Assembly (NCBI GenBank): GCA_964529535.1
Contig: CAZGXC010000004.1
Location: 1 to 44,962, forward strand
Reading direction: 5' to 3'
DNA length: 44,962 nt
Origin: an uncultured Hyphomicrobiales bacterium
GTDB taxonomy: Bacteria; Bacteroidota; Ignavibacteria; Kapaibacteriales; UBA2268
Shown here: positions 1-9,150 of the stretch, piece by piece
Layout of the letters: each line of letters begins with the position of its first letter
How positions within the stretch are numbered: position 1 is the stretch's first letter
Program-made: the position numbers and the translations under genes
The notes under the pieces: generated by a model
What the model saw: the letters and a program-made list of their open reading frames with translations, nothing else
Told to the model about the DNA's origin: nothing
The model's database searches: none

Positions 1-1334
1 CAGCATCATTTACATGGACAGCAGCAGGTAGTAAGACAGTAACACTTACAGTAACAAGCAACGAATGTGTAAAAGCATTTACTCACTCAGTAAGTGTAGC
101 AGTTCCTCAGGTTCTACCTACAATAACAGGAATAAATGCAACTTATACACACTGCGAAGGTTCAGATTTAACAATCCAAGCAACAGTAACAGGCACAGCT
201 CCTATAACTTATGCATGGGAAGTAAAAGCACCGAATACTACCGCATGGACATCCGTTGATGGTCAAACTTCTGCAACATTGAATATAGCAAGCGTTACAG
301 CAGCAATGAATGGCAATCAATATAGATTGAAAGCTACAAATGGTGCTGGCACAGCTACTTCAACAGAGGCTCACCTTGTGGTTAATACTGCCATTTCTAC
401 AGTATCAATTAACACTTCAACAGGAACGAATAATCTACCAGCAAACGGAAGCTCAATTACACTTACAGCAACAGTAACAGGTGGAACAGCGCCTTATACG
501 TATGAATGGTATCAAGGCGAGAATCTAATATCAGGTGCAAATGGAAATAGCATTACTGTTGTTAATATAGGAACATACAGAGTAAAAGTAACAGACCAAT
601 ATTGTAGTATGTCTTCAGGAAAAGAGGCATCAACAACTATTACTGGCGCTATTTTGACACCACTTACTCATATCAGCGTAACGACTGGTAGAAGACGCCT
701 AACCGTAAGACCAACACTTGCAGATGGTGAAACAGCATTGATACTAATAAAGCCAAATGATACTGAATCAACTTATAACCCAAGTATTTCAGACGTAAAT
801 GTTGTAATATCAGGCGCAAGCGATGATTATAATTTAGCTTCAACTATCGGAGATGGCTACAAAGTAGTAGGTTACTTAACAGCAAGTACACCGCTAACAA
901 GTATAACGAACTTGGTAGGCAGAACTCAATACGAAACCAGAGCTTACAAAGTAACAGTTGTCAATGGATTAGTAACAGGAATTAGTAATGGTCTTTCAAA
1001 AATAACAAGAACATTATTAAAAGAGAATGAATTCGATAGCGAAGGAAATGCAGAATTACAAGCTAACTCATTTAGCGTATGTAGAGTAATGCCGAACCCA
1101 GCTAAGAATGAAATCAAATATTGCATTAACACACAAGAAGATAACGTATACGAAATCGAACTCGTTAATGAAGCAGGAGCAATTGTATTTAGCGCTACTC
1201 AGTCGCTAAAAGCAGGCGAAAACCCATTGACGTTAAATCTATATCAAAATGGAATCTTAAATTCTGGTGCTTACATGTTAAGAGTCAGAAACCAATACGA
1301 AGCTCTTACTCAAAAGGTAATTGTAATTCGCTAA
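1..1334 (+). CDS. Cell-surface protein, 5'-truncated by the window edge; Ig-like (SprB-repeat-like) domains plus a T9SS C-terminal sorting domain
   Basis: Frame 3 is open from nt 3 (ASFTWTAAGSKTVTLTVTSNECV...) with no stop before the ORF-track start at 279, which is a TTG. The CDS therefore enters from upstream. Two Ig-like repeats carry the signature C.G..L.I.A.V.G(G)TAP(I/Y)TY.W. The last ~86 aa (nt ~1074-1331: VMPNPAKNEI...YMLRVRN...KVIVIR) look like a type-A Por/T9SS sorting domain. Confidence 0.8.
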   Translation, partial: ASFTWTAAGSKTVTLTVTSNECVKAFTHSVSVAVPQVLPTITGINATYTHCEGSDLTIQATVTGTAPITYAWEVKAPNTTAWTSVDGQTSATLNIASVTAAMNGNQYRLKATNGAGTATSTEAHLVVNTAISTVSINTSTGTNNLPANGSSITLTATVTGGTAPYTYEWYQGENLISGANGNSITVVNIGTYRVKVTDQYCSMSSGKEASTTITGAILTPLTHISVTTGRRRLTVRPTLADGETALILIKPNDTESTYNPSISDVNVVISGASDDYNLASTIGDGYKVVGYLTASTPLTSITNLVGRTQYETRAYKVTVVNGLVTGISNGLSKITRTLLKENEFDSEGNAELQANSFSVCRVMPNPAKNEIKYCINTQEDNVYEIELVNEAGAIVFSATQSLKAGENPLTLNLYQNGILNSGAYMLRVRNQYEALTQKVIVIR

Positions 1335-1375
1335 GACTCCCCAAGATTTAGAAAATCATATTTTTTAAATACAGA

Positions 1376-1410
1376 CTGTCCCCGCTTGAAAAAGCGGGGA
1401 CAGTTTTTTT
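1376..1410 (+). terminator. Rho-independent terminator
   Basis: Perfect 12-bp stem CTGTCCCCGCTT (1376-1387) / AAGCGGGGACAG (1392-1403), GAAA loop, then T7 (1404-1410). It lies 40 nt after the stop at 1334. Confidence 0.85.
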
Positions 1411-1500
1411 ATATTCAAATAGAGACAATAAGATTTTATCTTGTCTAATAAAATGATTATTTTTGTATTCTTCTTGTCTCAATTAAGTAAATAATAATCA

Positions 1501-2166
1501 ATGAGAAAAATAATATTAGCAGTAATTTTAGTAATAATAGGGATTGGCATAATAGGATGCTCAAGCACTAAACAAGAACAGATAGAGAAAAAAGTAGTGG
1601 TGCAGAAGCCCATTCCGGAGCCGGATAGGTATGCCGTGATATATTTTGAAATATATGACAGGAGCGAGTGCAACAGCCCTGTGCTTGGTCTAATAGATGA
1701 TGGAGAGTTCTTTTTTGTGATAGAGAACTCGAGCAACACGCGGGAGAAGATTATTTTGCCGGTAAATTATAGTTCCCAATTCAAGCGCGACAAGGGCTTT
1801 ATCAGGACACCGCTGAAGTGGAATAATAAATCTGAATTACTCGTTATCAGCTTGATGGACGATAATGGCATCGATAAAAGCATCTCAAATTTGATAACCA
1901 AAGCCGAAAGCATCGGAGGCATGCTATTGATGACGGAGAAGGGCTTTTTCCTCTTCAAAACAGCCTTGGAGTATTATTCTGGGAAGCCCTGGGATCAATA
2001 TATAAACAAGGATATCCTTGGTCTCGGCAAGACTGAACCCTGCGGAAATGCTACCTATCGCATACCTACGACGCCGCCCAAATCCATAAACGAAGCTAAG
2101 TACATTAATATAATGGACGGGGATAAGCTGAAAATGAAGATAAAAATCTATTTTTCAGAAAAATAG
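1501..2166 (+). CDS. Hypothetical lipoprotein
   Basis: ATG start. The N-terminus MRKIILAVILVIIGIGIIGCSS has a hydrophobic core followed by a lipobox-like IIGC. No family recognised. Confidence 0.55.
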   Translation: MRKIILAVILVIIGIGIIGCSSTKQEQIEKKVVVQKPIPEPDRYAVIYFEIYDRSECNSPVLGLIDDGEFFFVIENSSNTREKIILPVNYSSQFKRDKGFIRTPLKWNNKSELLVISLMDDNGIDKSISNLITKAESIGGMLLMTEKGFFLFKTALEYYSGKPWDQYINKDILGLGKTEPCGNATYRIPTTPPKSINEAKYINIMDGDKLKMKIKIYFSEK

Positions 2167-2277
2167 AGTAATAATTTGAGAAAAAATAATTATATTAGTA
2201 GTCTGAAAAACACAAACTAAGGGTAGCTATATAGCTGAATTTACACGAATTTTTTACGAAATTCAATTAATAACACG

Positions 2278-3219
2278 ATGAACAAAATAATAGCAAAAAT
2301 AATTGCGCTTGTAGTCCTTAGCTTTGCGAGTCTATATTCGCAGACCTACAACCCATATTCATTCCTTAGAACTAATACCAGCGCACGCGCTGGGGCATTG
2401 GCTGGGGCTACAGTTTCCATCCCTGGCGATGGAGGCTTGACGTTTGCGAATCCAGCGCTAATCCCTACTGTCGCGGATAATAGCTTTAGCACCACGTATT
2501 TAAAGCATATTTCGGATATAAATTCCGGCAATATAGTATATATCAAAAAGGTGGAGGATATTGGCAAATTTTCGGCAAATGCTGCCTTTATATCTTATGG
2601 CTCATTCATTGCGCGCGATAAAAACAATAATCAATCCGCAAATTTCAATCCTATGGATTTAGCCCTTTCTGTCGGCTATGGTAATATGCTCGACAGCAAC
2701 TTATATTACGGAGCATCTGTAAAATTCATATATTCAAGTATATATCAGACATCAACGAGCGCAGCGGCATTCGATTTCGGATTGTTTTATGCTATACCGG
2801 ATATCAATACAAATATCGGTATTTCCGTGCTAAATGCTGGCTTCCAGCTAAGCAAGATAAACGGATATTCCGAGAGCCTGCCATTGGATGTGCGCATTGG
2901 ATTTAATCATAAATTGGTTGGTCTGCCGCTATTGGCAAATTTTTCATTTCATCATTTAGCGGATAAGACAGATTCATTCATCGATAGATTTATGAACTTT
3001 TCCTTAGGCGGAGAGTTCTATTTGGGCGAAAGCGTTATGCTTCGCATCGGCTATGATAATTATATCCGCAAATACACAGCACCGGAAAGCTCGAAGGGGA
3101 TTTCTGGGCTGTCATTCGGCGCAGGAATCAAGTTCAAACCTCTAACGCTCGATTATGGTTTCTCGAGGGTTGGATTGGGCGCAAACCTGCACAGAATCGG
3201 GGTAAATTTCCAGATATAA
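2278..3219 (+). CDS. PorV/PorQ-family outer-membrane beta-barrel (PorQ-like size)
   Basis: Signal peptide, then ...FLRTNTSARAGALAGATVS...FANPALIP, the ARA-x-ALGGA...NPA signature region of PorV/PorQ-type barrels. Alternating beta-strand pattern throughout. Ends in an aromatic-rich strand (GVNFQI). Confidence 0.6.
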   Translation: MNKIIAKIIALVVLSFASLYSQTYNPYSFLRTNTSARAGALAGATVSIPGDGGLTFANPALIPTVADNSFSTTYLKHISDINSGNIVYIKKVEDIGKFSANAAFISYGSFIARDKNNNQSANFNPMDLALSVGYGNMLDSNLYYGASVKFIYSSIYQTSTSAAAFDFGLFYAIPDINTNIGISVLNAGFQLSKINGYSESLPLDVRIGFNHKLVGLPLLANFSFHHLADKTDSFIDRFMNFSLGGEFYLGESVMLRIGYDNYIRKYTAPESSKGISGLSFGAGIKFKPLTLDYGFSRVGLGANLHRIGVNFQI

Positions 3220-3263
3220 CTATTTCAAATAGAAACAAAGACAATAAATAATATTAAAATATA

Positions 3264-3707
3264 ATGGATTATAAAAATATGAAAAAGAACATTATCCTTG
3301 GGATAATAATGGCTCTAATGATAGCCATGGGATACGAAAGTGCTTCAGCACAGCAAGCGCAGGCAAACACTCAAGCTACGCAACAAGATGTCATCATCAC
3401 TCCTTCTATGCCAATAGCATACGTAGTATTTGCAATAAATGCACTGAATACTATACAGATTCAGGGAAATGAAGTAAATTTATTCATCAGCGCAAAGGAA
3501 ATATTAGAGAAGGAAGTCAATCGTTGTGCCGAGCTGAAGATGAAAAATTCGGACATAACAAAGTTTGATATTGCAGCAACAAAAGCGCAGAATATCGTTG
3601 ATTTCTTGCAAAGAGCAAAGCTAACAGGGGCAGAAGCTGGTCTATACAAAGGCTTCATAGATGCTTTAATCGACGCAGCGAGAGAAGCAGGAAAAAAGAA
3701 AAAATAG
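3264..3707 (+). CDS. Hypothetical secreted, mainly helical small protein
   Basis: Signal-peptide-like KKNIILGIIMALMIAMGYESASAQ, with a Lys-rich C-terminus. The start could instead be the internal Met at 3279. No family recognised. Confidence 0.5.
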   Translation: MDYKNMKKNIILGIIMALMIAMGYESASAQQAQANTQATQQDVIITPSMPIAYVVFAINALNTIQIQGNEVNLFISAKEILEKEVNRCAELKMKNSDITKFDIAATKAQNIVDFLQRAKLTGAEAGLYKGFIDALIDAAREAGKKKK

Positions 3708-3749
3708 TATTTTAGAGAATAATTGTATCCTTCAAATAGAAGGGAGAGC

Positions 3750-3776
3750 AAAGACCTGCCCGGAAAGCAGGTCTTT
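3750..3776 (+). terminator. Hairpin, possible terminator
   Basis: 10-bp stem AAAGACCTGC (3750-3759) / GCAGGTCTTT (3767-3776) with a 7-nt loop, 43 nt after the stop at 3707. There is no clear T-tract, so the call is only moderate. Confidence 0.4.
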
Positions 3777-3858
3777 CGCAATTCATAATTCATAATGTAT
3801 AGCGGATGGATTATTGAACAAGACACTTAATCACAAATATAAATAATTATAAACAATA

Positions 3859-4230
3859 ATGAAACATACACTTAAAAATATAGAAAAGGTTAACCTGTTT
3901 TTGATAAAAGCGGATTGGGGCGATGGATTTGCCTCTACGATAAAGATCGCTGATTTGCGGGCAAATTGCCCGTGTGCCATTTGCAAAGTAGAAGCTCCGA
4001 AGGAGATCTCTGGCTTTGAATTGCCTAAAGTAAAATTCGGCGAATATGACTTAAAAAAGATGGAATTAGCCGGCAGCTACGGGCTTAAGCCAAAATGGGG
4101 CGACAGGCACGATTCTGGGTATTTCTCTTGGGAATTATTGAGAACTCTTTTTGAAGAAAAAGCATTAGGCGAAGAGGAAATAGAACGATTATTGAAGGGC
4201 GCAGAAACGCCAAAGCTAAAAAAAGACTAA
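3859..4230 (+). CDS. DUF971 (gamma-butyrobetaine hydroxylase-like N-terminal) family protein
   Basis: ADLRANCPCAIC... and ...GSYGLKPKWGDRHDSGYFSWELLRTL match the two conserved blocks I associate with DUF971 (LR..CPCA.C and W.DGH.SG.Y.W..LR). Confidence 0.7.
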   Translation: MKHTLKNIEKVNLFLIKADWGDGFASTIKIADLRANCPCAICKVEAPKEISGFELPKVKFGEYDLKKMELAGSYGLKPKWGDRHDSGYFSWELLRTLFEEKALGEEEIERLLKGAETPKLKKD

Positions 4231-4485
4231 TAATATATAATTCAAATGTATTTTCTCCCACAGCTGAAGCAGTGGGTTGAAAATACTATCAACCCCGTCC
4301 TTCAGGGCGGGGGCGAGTAATGCAGAATTTATAATGAGATAAATAATAAAATAAATAATCTCCGGTGATAGACTTATTAGGAGGAATTACGTAAACATAA
4401 TAATGTTGCTCAATAATGTTTTTAAGCATAAAATCTGCTCAAAAATACTTATTTTTGTAGTCCTTTATTTATATAAATAGAAAAT

Positions 4486-5241
4486 ATGGCAAAGAATAGA
4501 ATAATCAGGCTGTCCATTATCTCATTATCATTATTAATAATGGTAACAATATTTGGGGGTTGTGCCTCCTCTAAAATAGAAACACCCACCACAGCCGAGG
4601 GCGTATTTAATGCAGCCCTAATGCAATTCAAAGATGAGAATTGGCAGGAGGCTCAGCGCCTCTTCGATATTATCAAACTTCAATATCCGGCAACGGTTTT
4701 TGCCGATGATGCGCAATTTTACTTAGCGGAAATCAATTTTAAGCGCAAAGAATACATCTTGGCAGCTTTTAATTACAACAATGTTCGCAGAATATATAAT
4801 CGAAGCGAGTATTCAAAAGAAGCTTTATACAAGACGGGGCTATCGTATTACATGATGTCGCCAACTTATGATAGAGACCAAGAAAACACACTGAAAGCGA
4901 TACAGGTGTTCTCTGAATTTATGGCAATCTATCCAGGCGATACCTTGGCGACAGAAGCGGAGAGCAAGATAATCGATCTGCGCAATAAGCTTGGCGAGAA
5001 GGAATTTCAAAGTGGCGAGATCTATCGCAAGTTAGAAAATTTAAAATCCGCATTATTCTATTATAATTCTGTTATAGATAACTATGCCGACACCGAGGCA
5101 GCAGAAGCAGCCTTCATCGCAAAGATGGAAGTGCTGAAAGAAATAAAAAAATCCCAAGAATTGAAATCCACTCAGGAAGTGTTTGAAAAGACCTATCCCA
5201 ATACGCGCTTCGCAAAGGAATATGAGGCTATAAAGAAATAG
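4486..5241 (+). CDS. bamD: Outer membrane protein assembly factor BamD (TPR lipoprotein)
   Basis: Lipobox TIFGGCASS. TPR-like helices with BamD-typical blocks (FNAALMQFKDENWQEAQRLFD...YPATVFADDAQFYLAEINFKRKEY...AIYPGDTLATEAESKIIDLRNKL). Size is ~250 aa. Confidence 0.75.
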   Translation: MAKNRIIRLSIISLSLLIMVTIFGGCASSKIETPTTAEGVFNAALMQFKDENWQEAQRLFDIIKLQYPATVFADDAQFYLAEINFKRKEYILAAFNYNNVRRIYNRSEYSKEALYKTGLSYYMMSPTYDRDQENTLKAIQVFSEFMAIYPGDTLATEAESKIIDLRNKLGEKEFQSGEIYRKLENLKSALFYYNSVIDNYADTEAAEAAFIAKMEVLKEIKKSQELKSTQEVFEKTYPNTRFAKEYEAIKK

Positions 5242-5322
5242 GAATTTTATAATATTATAAAATATTCGTAAATTTGTAATCCATTAAAATTAAAGAGATA
5301 ATTAAATAAAACAATAAATAAA

Positions 5323-6723
5323 ATGGCAGAAAAACAGCAAACCCTAAAGCAACAGGTTTCATTCCAAGGCATTGGACTGCACACAGGAAAACCTGCGAAA
5401 ATTACATTCCATCCAGCTCCTGCGAATTATGGATATAAATTCGTGAGAACTGACCTAAAAGAACCAGTGGAAATCCCTGCGCTCGTCGATTATGTAGTGG
5501 ATCTATCGCGCGGCACAACCCTCGGAATTGGAGAGGTAAAAGTGCATACCGTAGAGCATGTATTAGCATCTTTGGTAGGGCTCGAAATAGATAACTGTCG
5601 CATAGAACTCGATGGACCAGAGCCACCAATCGGAGATGGCTCCTCTATTCAATACGTAGAAGTGCTTCAAGGCGGTGGAATCGAAAGACTTGACGAAGAT
5701 AGATATTATTTGGTAATAGACGAGAACGTCCGCTTCAACAACGAAGAAAAAGGCGTGGAAATCGTAGCTTTGCCTCTAGACGATTATCGTTTGACTGTCC
5801 TTGTAGATTATCATAATCCTGCTCTCGGTAGTCAGCATTCTGGTTTATTCGATCTAAAGAAAGAGTTTGTGAAGGATTTCGCTCCAGCACGCACATTTTG
5901 CTTCCTAACTGAAGTAGAGTCTTTAATTAACCAAGGCTTGATTCAGGGTGGCAACATCGATAACGCAATCGTTATCGTTGATAAAGATATGAATCCAGAG
6001 GAATTGCAAAATCTAAAAACGCAATTAAAACTTGAAAAAGCTCCAGAACTTGGGAACAATGGTATATTAAATAATACTGAGCTTCGCTTCAAGAATGAAC
6101 CAGCTCGCCATAAATTGCTCGATTTGCTCGGCGATTTAGCTTTAGCCGGCACTAGAATTAAAGCACAAGTCTTAGCGGCGCGCCCAGGGCACGCATCAAA
6201 CGTAGAATTTGCGAAGCTAATCAGAGCTTTATACCTTAAAAAGCAACCAATCAAAAACTTCAAGGGTGATAAATCCAAAGGCGTTGTCCTTGATATTTAT
6301 GACTTACTTAAAATTATGCCGCACCGCTACCCATTCTTATTAGTAGATAAGGTAGTGGAATATGACGCTGAAGGACAAAGCATCGTCGGAATCAAAAACG
6401 TTACGATGAACGAGCCACACTTCCCAGGGCACTTCCCAGAGAAGCCAATAATGCCGGGCGTCCTAATATTAGAAGCATTAGCGCAGACAGGCTGCTTGCT
6501 ATTGCTAAATTCATTAGATGATTTCAGCGATAAATTAGTCCTCTTTATGGGAGTAAAGAATGCGAAATTCCGCAAACCAGTAATCCCAGGCGACCAAATG
6601 GTAATGGAAGTAAAGATGACGGGCAAGAAATTCAATACTTTTATGTTCTCCGCAGTAGCAAACGTAAACGGTGTGCCTGCTGCAGAATGCGATTTCCAAG
6701 CTGCATTAGTAAATAGAGACTAA
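5323..6723 (+). CDS. lpxC: Bifunctional UDP-3-O-acyl-GlcNAc deacetylase / 3-hydroxyacyl-ACP dehydratase (LpxC-FabZ fusion)
   Basis: The N-terminal half is LpxC-like (QQTLKQQVSFQGIGLHTGKP...HTVEHVLASL...HASNVEF). The C-terminal ~150 aa is FabZ-like (LPHRYPFLLVDKV...NEPHFPGHFPEKPIMPGVLILEALAQ). This fusion is typical of the FCB group. Confidence 0.95.
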   Translation: MAEKQQTLKQQVSFQGIGLHTGKPAKITFHPAPANYGYKFVRTDLKEPVEIPALVDYVVDLSRGTTLGIGEVKVHTVEHVLASLVGLEIDNCRIELDGPEPPIGDGSSIQYVEVLQGGGIERLDEDRYYLVIDENVRFNNEEKGVEIVALPLDDYRLTVLVDYHNPALGSQHSGLFDLKKEFVKDFAPARTFCFLTEVESLINQGLIQGGNIDNAIVIVDKDMNPEELQNLKTQLKLEKAPELGNNGILNNTELRFKNEPARHKLLDLLGDLALAGTRIKAQVLAARPGHASNVEFAKLIRALYLKKQPIKNFKGDKSKGVVLDIYDLLKIMPHRYPFLLVDKVVEYDAEGQSIVGIKNVTMNEPHFPGHFPEKPIMPGVLILEALAQTGCLLLLNSLDDFSDKLVLFMGVKNAKFRKPVIPGDQMVMEVKMTGKKFNTFMFSAVANVNGVPAAECDFQAALVNRD

Positions 6724-6731
6724 ATAATAAA

Positions 6732-7514
6732 ATGAGCACGCAAATACACCCAACAGCCATTGTAGCAAAAGATGCTAAATTAGGCGAAAATGTGAAAATA
6801 GGGGCTTTCTCCATTATCGAAAGCGACGTAGAAATTGGAGATAATACAGAGATACAAAGCTCCGTAAAAATAGCAGATGGTGCGAGAATCGGCAGGGATT
6901 GCCGATTCTTCTCCCATGCTGTAATTGCTACTGAACCACAAGACTTAAAGTATGCAAATGAAAAAACTTACGTGATAATAGGCGATAATACTACAGTCCG
7001 AGAATTTGCTACGATTAACCGCGCTACCGATGCTACATATAAGACAGAAGTGGGCAGCAATTGCTTAGTGATGACTTATGCGCATATAGCACATGATTGC
7101 AAAGTGGGGAACAACGTCCGCATAACAAACTCCGTGCAGATGGCTGGGCATGTAGAAATAGACGATTTTGCGATAATTAGCGGAGCTGCTGCGATTCATC
7201 AGTTTTGCAAGGTTGGCTCTTATGCAATGGTTGGCGCAGCCGTCAAGATAGTAAAAGATGTTCCACCATATTCAATGGTTGGAGAAAACCCAGCAAAAGT
7301 AGATGGATTAAATAAAATTGGTTTGCGCCGCAATGGCTTCTCTAATGAAGTGATCAAGCAGATTGAAGAGTTTTACCATTTGCTATTCCGCTCGGGATTC
7401 AATACCAGCGACGGAGTGGCTGAGTATAAACGTAGATTCGCTAATATCCCACAAGAAATTCAACTCTGTATTGATTTTATTGAGAAATCAGACAGGGGAA
7501 TTTATAGGATGTAG
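6732..7514 (+). CDS. lpxA: Acyl-ACP--UDP-N-acetylglucosamine O-acyltransferase LpxA
   Basis: IHPTAIV..DAKLGENVKIGAFSII hexapeptide repeats. The C-terminal helical domain has GLNKIGLRRNGFS and an FI.KSDRGI ending. It starts 8 nt after lpxC-fabZ. Confidence 0.9.
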   Translation: MSTQIHPTAIVAKDAKLGENVKIGAFSIIESDVEIGDNTEIQSSVKIADGARIGRDCRFFSHAVIATEPQDLKYANEKTYVIIGDNTTVREFATINRATDATYKTEVGSNCLVMTYAHIAHDCKVGNNVRITNSVQMAGHVEIDDFAIISGAAAIHQFCKVGSYAMVGAAVKIVKDVPPYSMVGENPAKVDGLNKIGLRRNGFSNEVIKQIEEFYHLLFRSGFNTSDGVAEYKRRFANIPQEIQLCIDFIEKSDRGIYRM

Positions 7515-7598
7515 AGCCTTGTTTTTTTCTTTTCTGTGTTATAAAAAATAAAGCACAAACTGAAGCACAGAATCTCAAGAAGATATTCCTAATAAAAA

Positions 7599-7633
7599 AT
7601 CAAGCGTAATTTGCAAAACAGATTACGCTTGAT
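7599..7633. terminator. Bidirectional intrinsic terminator between convergent lpxA and the OmpA-family gene
   Basis: Perfect 12-bp stem ATCAAGCGTAAT (7599-7610) / ATTACGCTTGAT (7622-7633). It is flanked by A6 on the left, which reads as T6 after the stem on the minus strand, and by TTGT on the right. Confidence 0.7.
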
Positions 7634-7662
7634 TTGTAATAAGAGAAATTGAAAGCTTATTG

Positions 7663-9132
7663 CTATTTAATTTTTATTTCCACGCGTCTATTTGTAGCTC
7701 TGGCTTCATCGCTAGTTCCTTTTACTAAAGGTTTAGTTTTTCCATAACCTTTTGTTTCAATTCGTTTAGTAGCTACGCCATTATTTACCAACCAAGCTTT
7801 CACAGCATCGGCTCTATCTTTCGACAGTTTATTGTTGAAGTCATCGGAGCCAACGTCGTCAGTATGTCCTTCGAGGACTGTATTGATATTTGGGTTTGAT
7901 TGTAAATAAGCCAACAGGTTTTCCAAATCTGGTATAGATTCATCGTTTAATGTGGATTTGTTAAAATCAAATGCCACTAATAGTCGTGTTGAATTTCTTG
8001 ATAAGATAATATCTTTTTTGAGTTCAGTGCCTTTGGCATTTGTTGGGATCTCAAATCTCTCTGAATAGAAGAAGTGATCAGGGGAACTTGCCGTTACGGA
8101 GTAAGTTCTTCCGGGTTGAAGAGCAACGTAATAATCACCATTTTCGTCGTCGCTATTGAATGTAGCAATTTTCTTGTTCGTTTTTAAATCTGTAATGGTA
8201 ACTTGAGCATTGATAGGATCTTTGCTTTCCGAGTCCAATACTTTACCGGTTACGAAGATAACAGGATCGGATTCATGTGGATTTGGTATAGCGTGATAAA
8301 TATCAAGTCCGCCTTCGCCACCGCCTCTATTTGATGAGAAATAAGCTACATTTGTATTTTGAATTGGGACGTAGAATAATTCATCGGCTGCTGAATTAAT
8401 GGGCTCGCCTGCGTTTTTTGGAGAGGAGAAATTACCATTATTCACTTTGGAAAAGTAAATATCGAAACCACCCAGAGAATTTGAGCGATTTGAAGCAAAT
8501 GTGAATGTTTTGTTATCTTGCCCAATTATCGGTGCCATTTCGTCGGCATTGGTATTAATGGTAGATCCAGCATTCTTGGCTCGTGTCCAACCTTCTCTGG
8601 TTTTTGTAGCCATATAAATATCAGAGCCTCCGTTGCCGCCCGGTCTGTCACTTGCGAAATAAAGGGTTTGCCCATCGGCAGAAAGGCTTGGTTGTGAATC
8701 CCAATATTCGGAATTTACGAGGGGGCCGAGGTTTACTACGTCAACCCATTTGCCCTTTTCTTTACGCGCACTGTATAGATCTGTTCTTCCTTCGCCCTTA
8801 GCATCGTGTTCGTAAGCAGCGAAAATCATATAGTTGCCATCAGGGGTTAGTGTAACGCTTCCTGTTTGTGTAGCGTTATTTAGATCTCCTTTGCACAAAC
8901 CATAAATGGATAGCTCACCGTTTGATTCTCTACGAACTTCGTAGACTTGCTGCTTGCCCTTTTTATCGCTTGTAATATACATTTTGCGATTGTTATTCAC
9001 GAGCGCCGGTGCGAAATCATCAGATGAAGAGTTAATATCCAATGATTTAATTTCAATTTGAGCATTAAGTAAATCAAAATTTACCAATATTGCTACTATT
9101 GCTATTGTCAATATTTTAATAGTATTTTTCAT
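7663..9132 (-). CDS. OmpA-family protein with TolB-like (PD40) repeats, a carboxypeptidase-regulatory-like domain and a C-terminal OmpA/MotB peptidoglycan-binding domain
   Basis: Signal peptide. Repeated ...FAS(D/N)R.GG.GG.DIY... blocks (PD40-like). C-terminal LEGHTDDVGSDDFNNKLSKDRADAVKAWLV...NRRVEIKIK is OmpA_C-like. AGGAG lies 8 nt upstream of the ATG. Confidence 0.9.
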   Translation of the reverse strand: MKNTIKILTIAIVAILVNFDLLNAQIEIKSLDINSSSDDFAPALVNNNRKMYITSDKKGKQQVYEVRRESNGELSIYGLCKGDLNNATQTGSVTLTPDGNYMIFAAYEHDAKGEGRTDLYSARKEKGKWVDVVNLGPLVNSEYWDSQPSLSADGQTLYFASDRPGGNGGSDIYMATKTREGWTRAKNAGSTINTNADEMAPIIGQDNKTFTFASNRSNSLGGFDIYFSKVNNGNFSSPKNAGEPINSAADELFYVPIQNTNVAYFSSNRGGGEGGLDIYHAIPNPHESDPVIFVTGKVLDSESKDPINAQVTITDLKTNKKIATFNSDDENGDYYVALQPGRTYSVTASSPDHFFYSERFEIPTNAKGTELKKDIILSRNSTRLLVAFDFNKSTLNDESIPDLENLLAYLQSNPNINTVLEGHTDDVGSDDFNNKLSKDRADAVKAWLVNNGVATKRIETKGYGKTKPLVKGTSDEARATNRRVEIKIK

Positions 9133-9150
9133 TATTATTTTCTCCTCATC

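Noticed and set aside
65-259. 64-aa plus-strand ORF near the window start.
   Set aside because: It lies in an alternative frame of the 5'-truncated surface-protein CDS, whose own frame is open from nt 3 and encodes recognisable Ig-like repeats.
2225-2236. 12-bp palindrome AGCTATATAGCT upstream of the PorQ-like gene.
   Set aside because: One such palindrome is roughly what chance predicts across the few kb of intergenic DNA in the window. No second copy or flanking promoter element was seen.
5244-5263. 20-bp perfect palindrome ATTTTATAATATTATAAAAT between bamD and lpxC-fabZ.
   Set aside because: It is composed only of A and T in an AT-rich spacer. Such palindromes are expected by chance and would form a very weak hairpin. 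There is no supporting second copy.
7363-7551. 62-aa ORF overlapping the 3' end of lpxA, and the 69-aa ORF at 10337-10546 inside the sigma factor gene.
   Set aside because: These are alternative-frame overlaps of confidently identified genes, with no motifs of their own.
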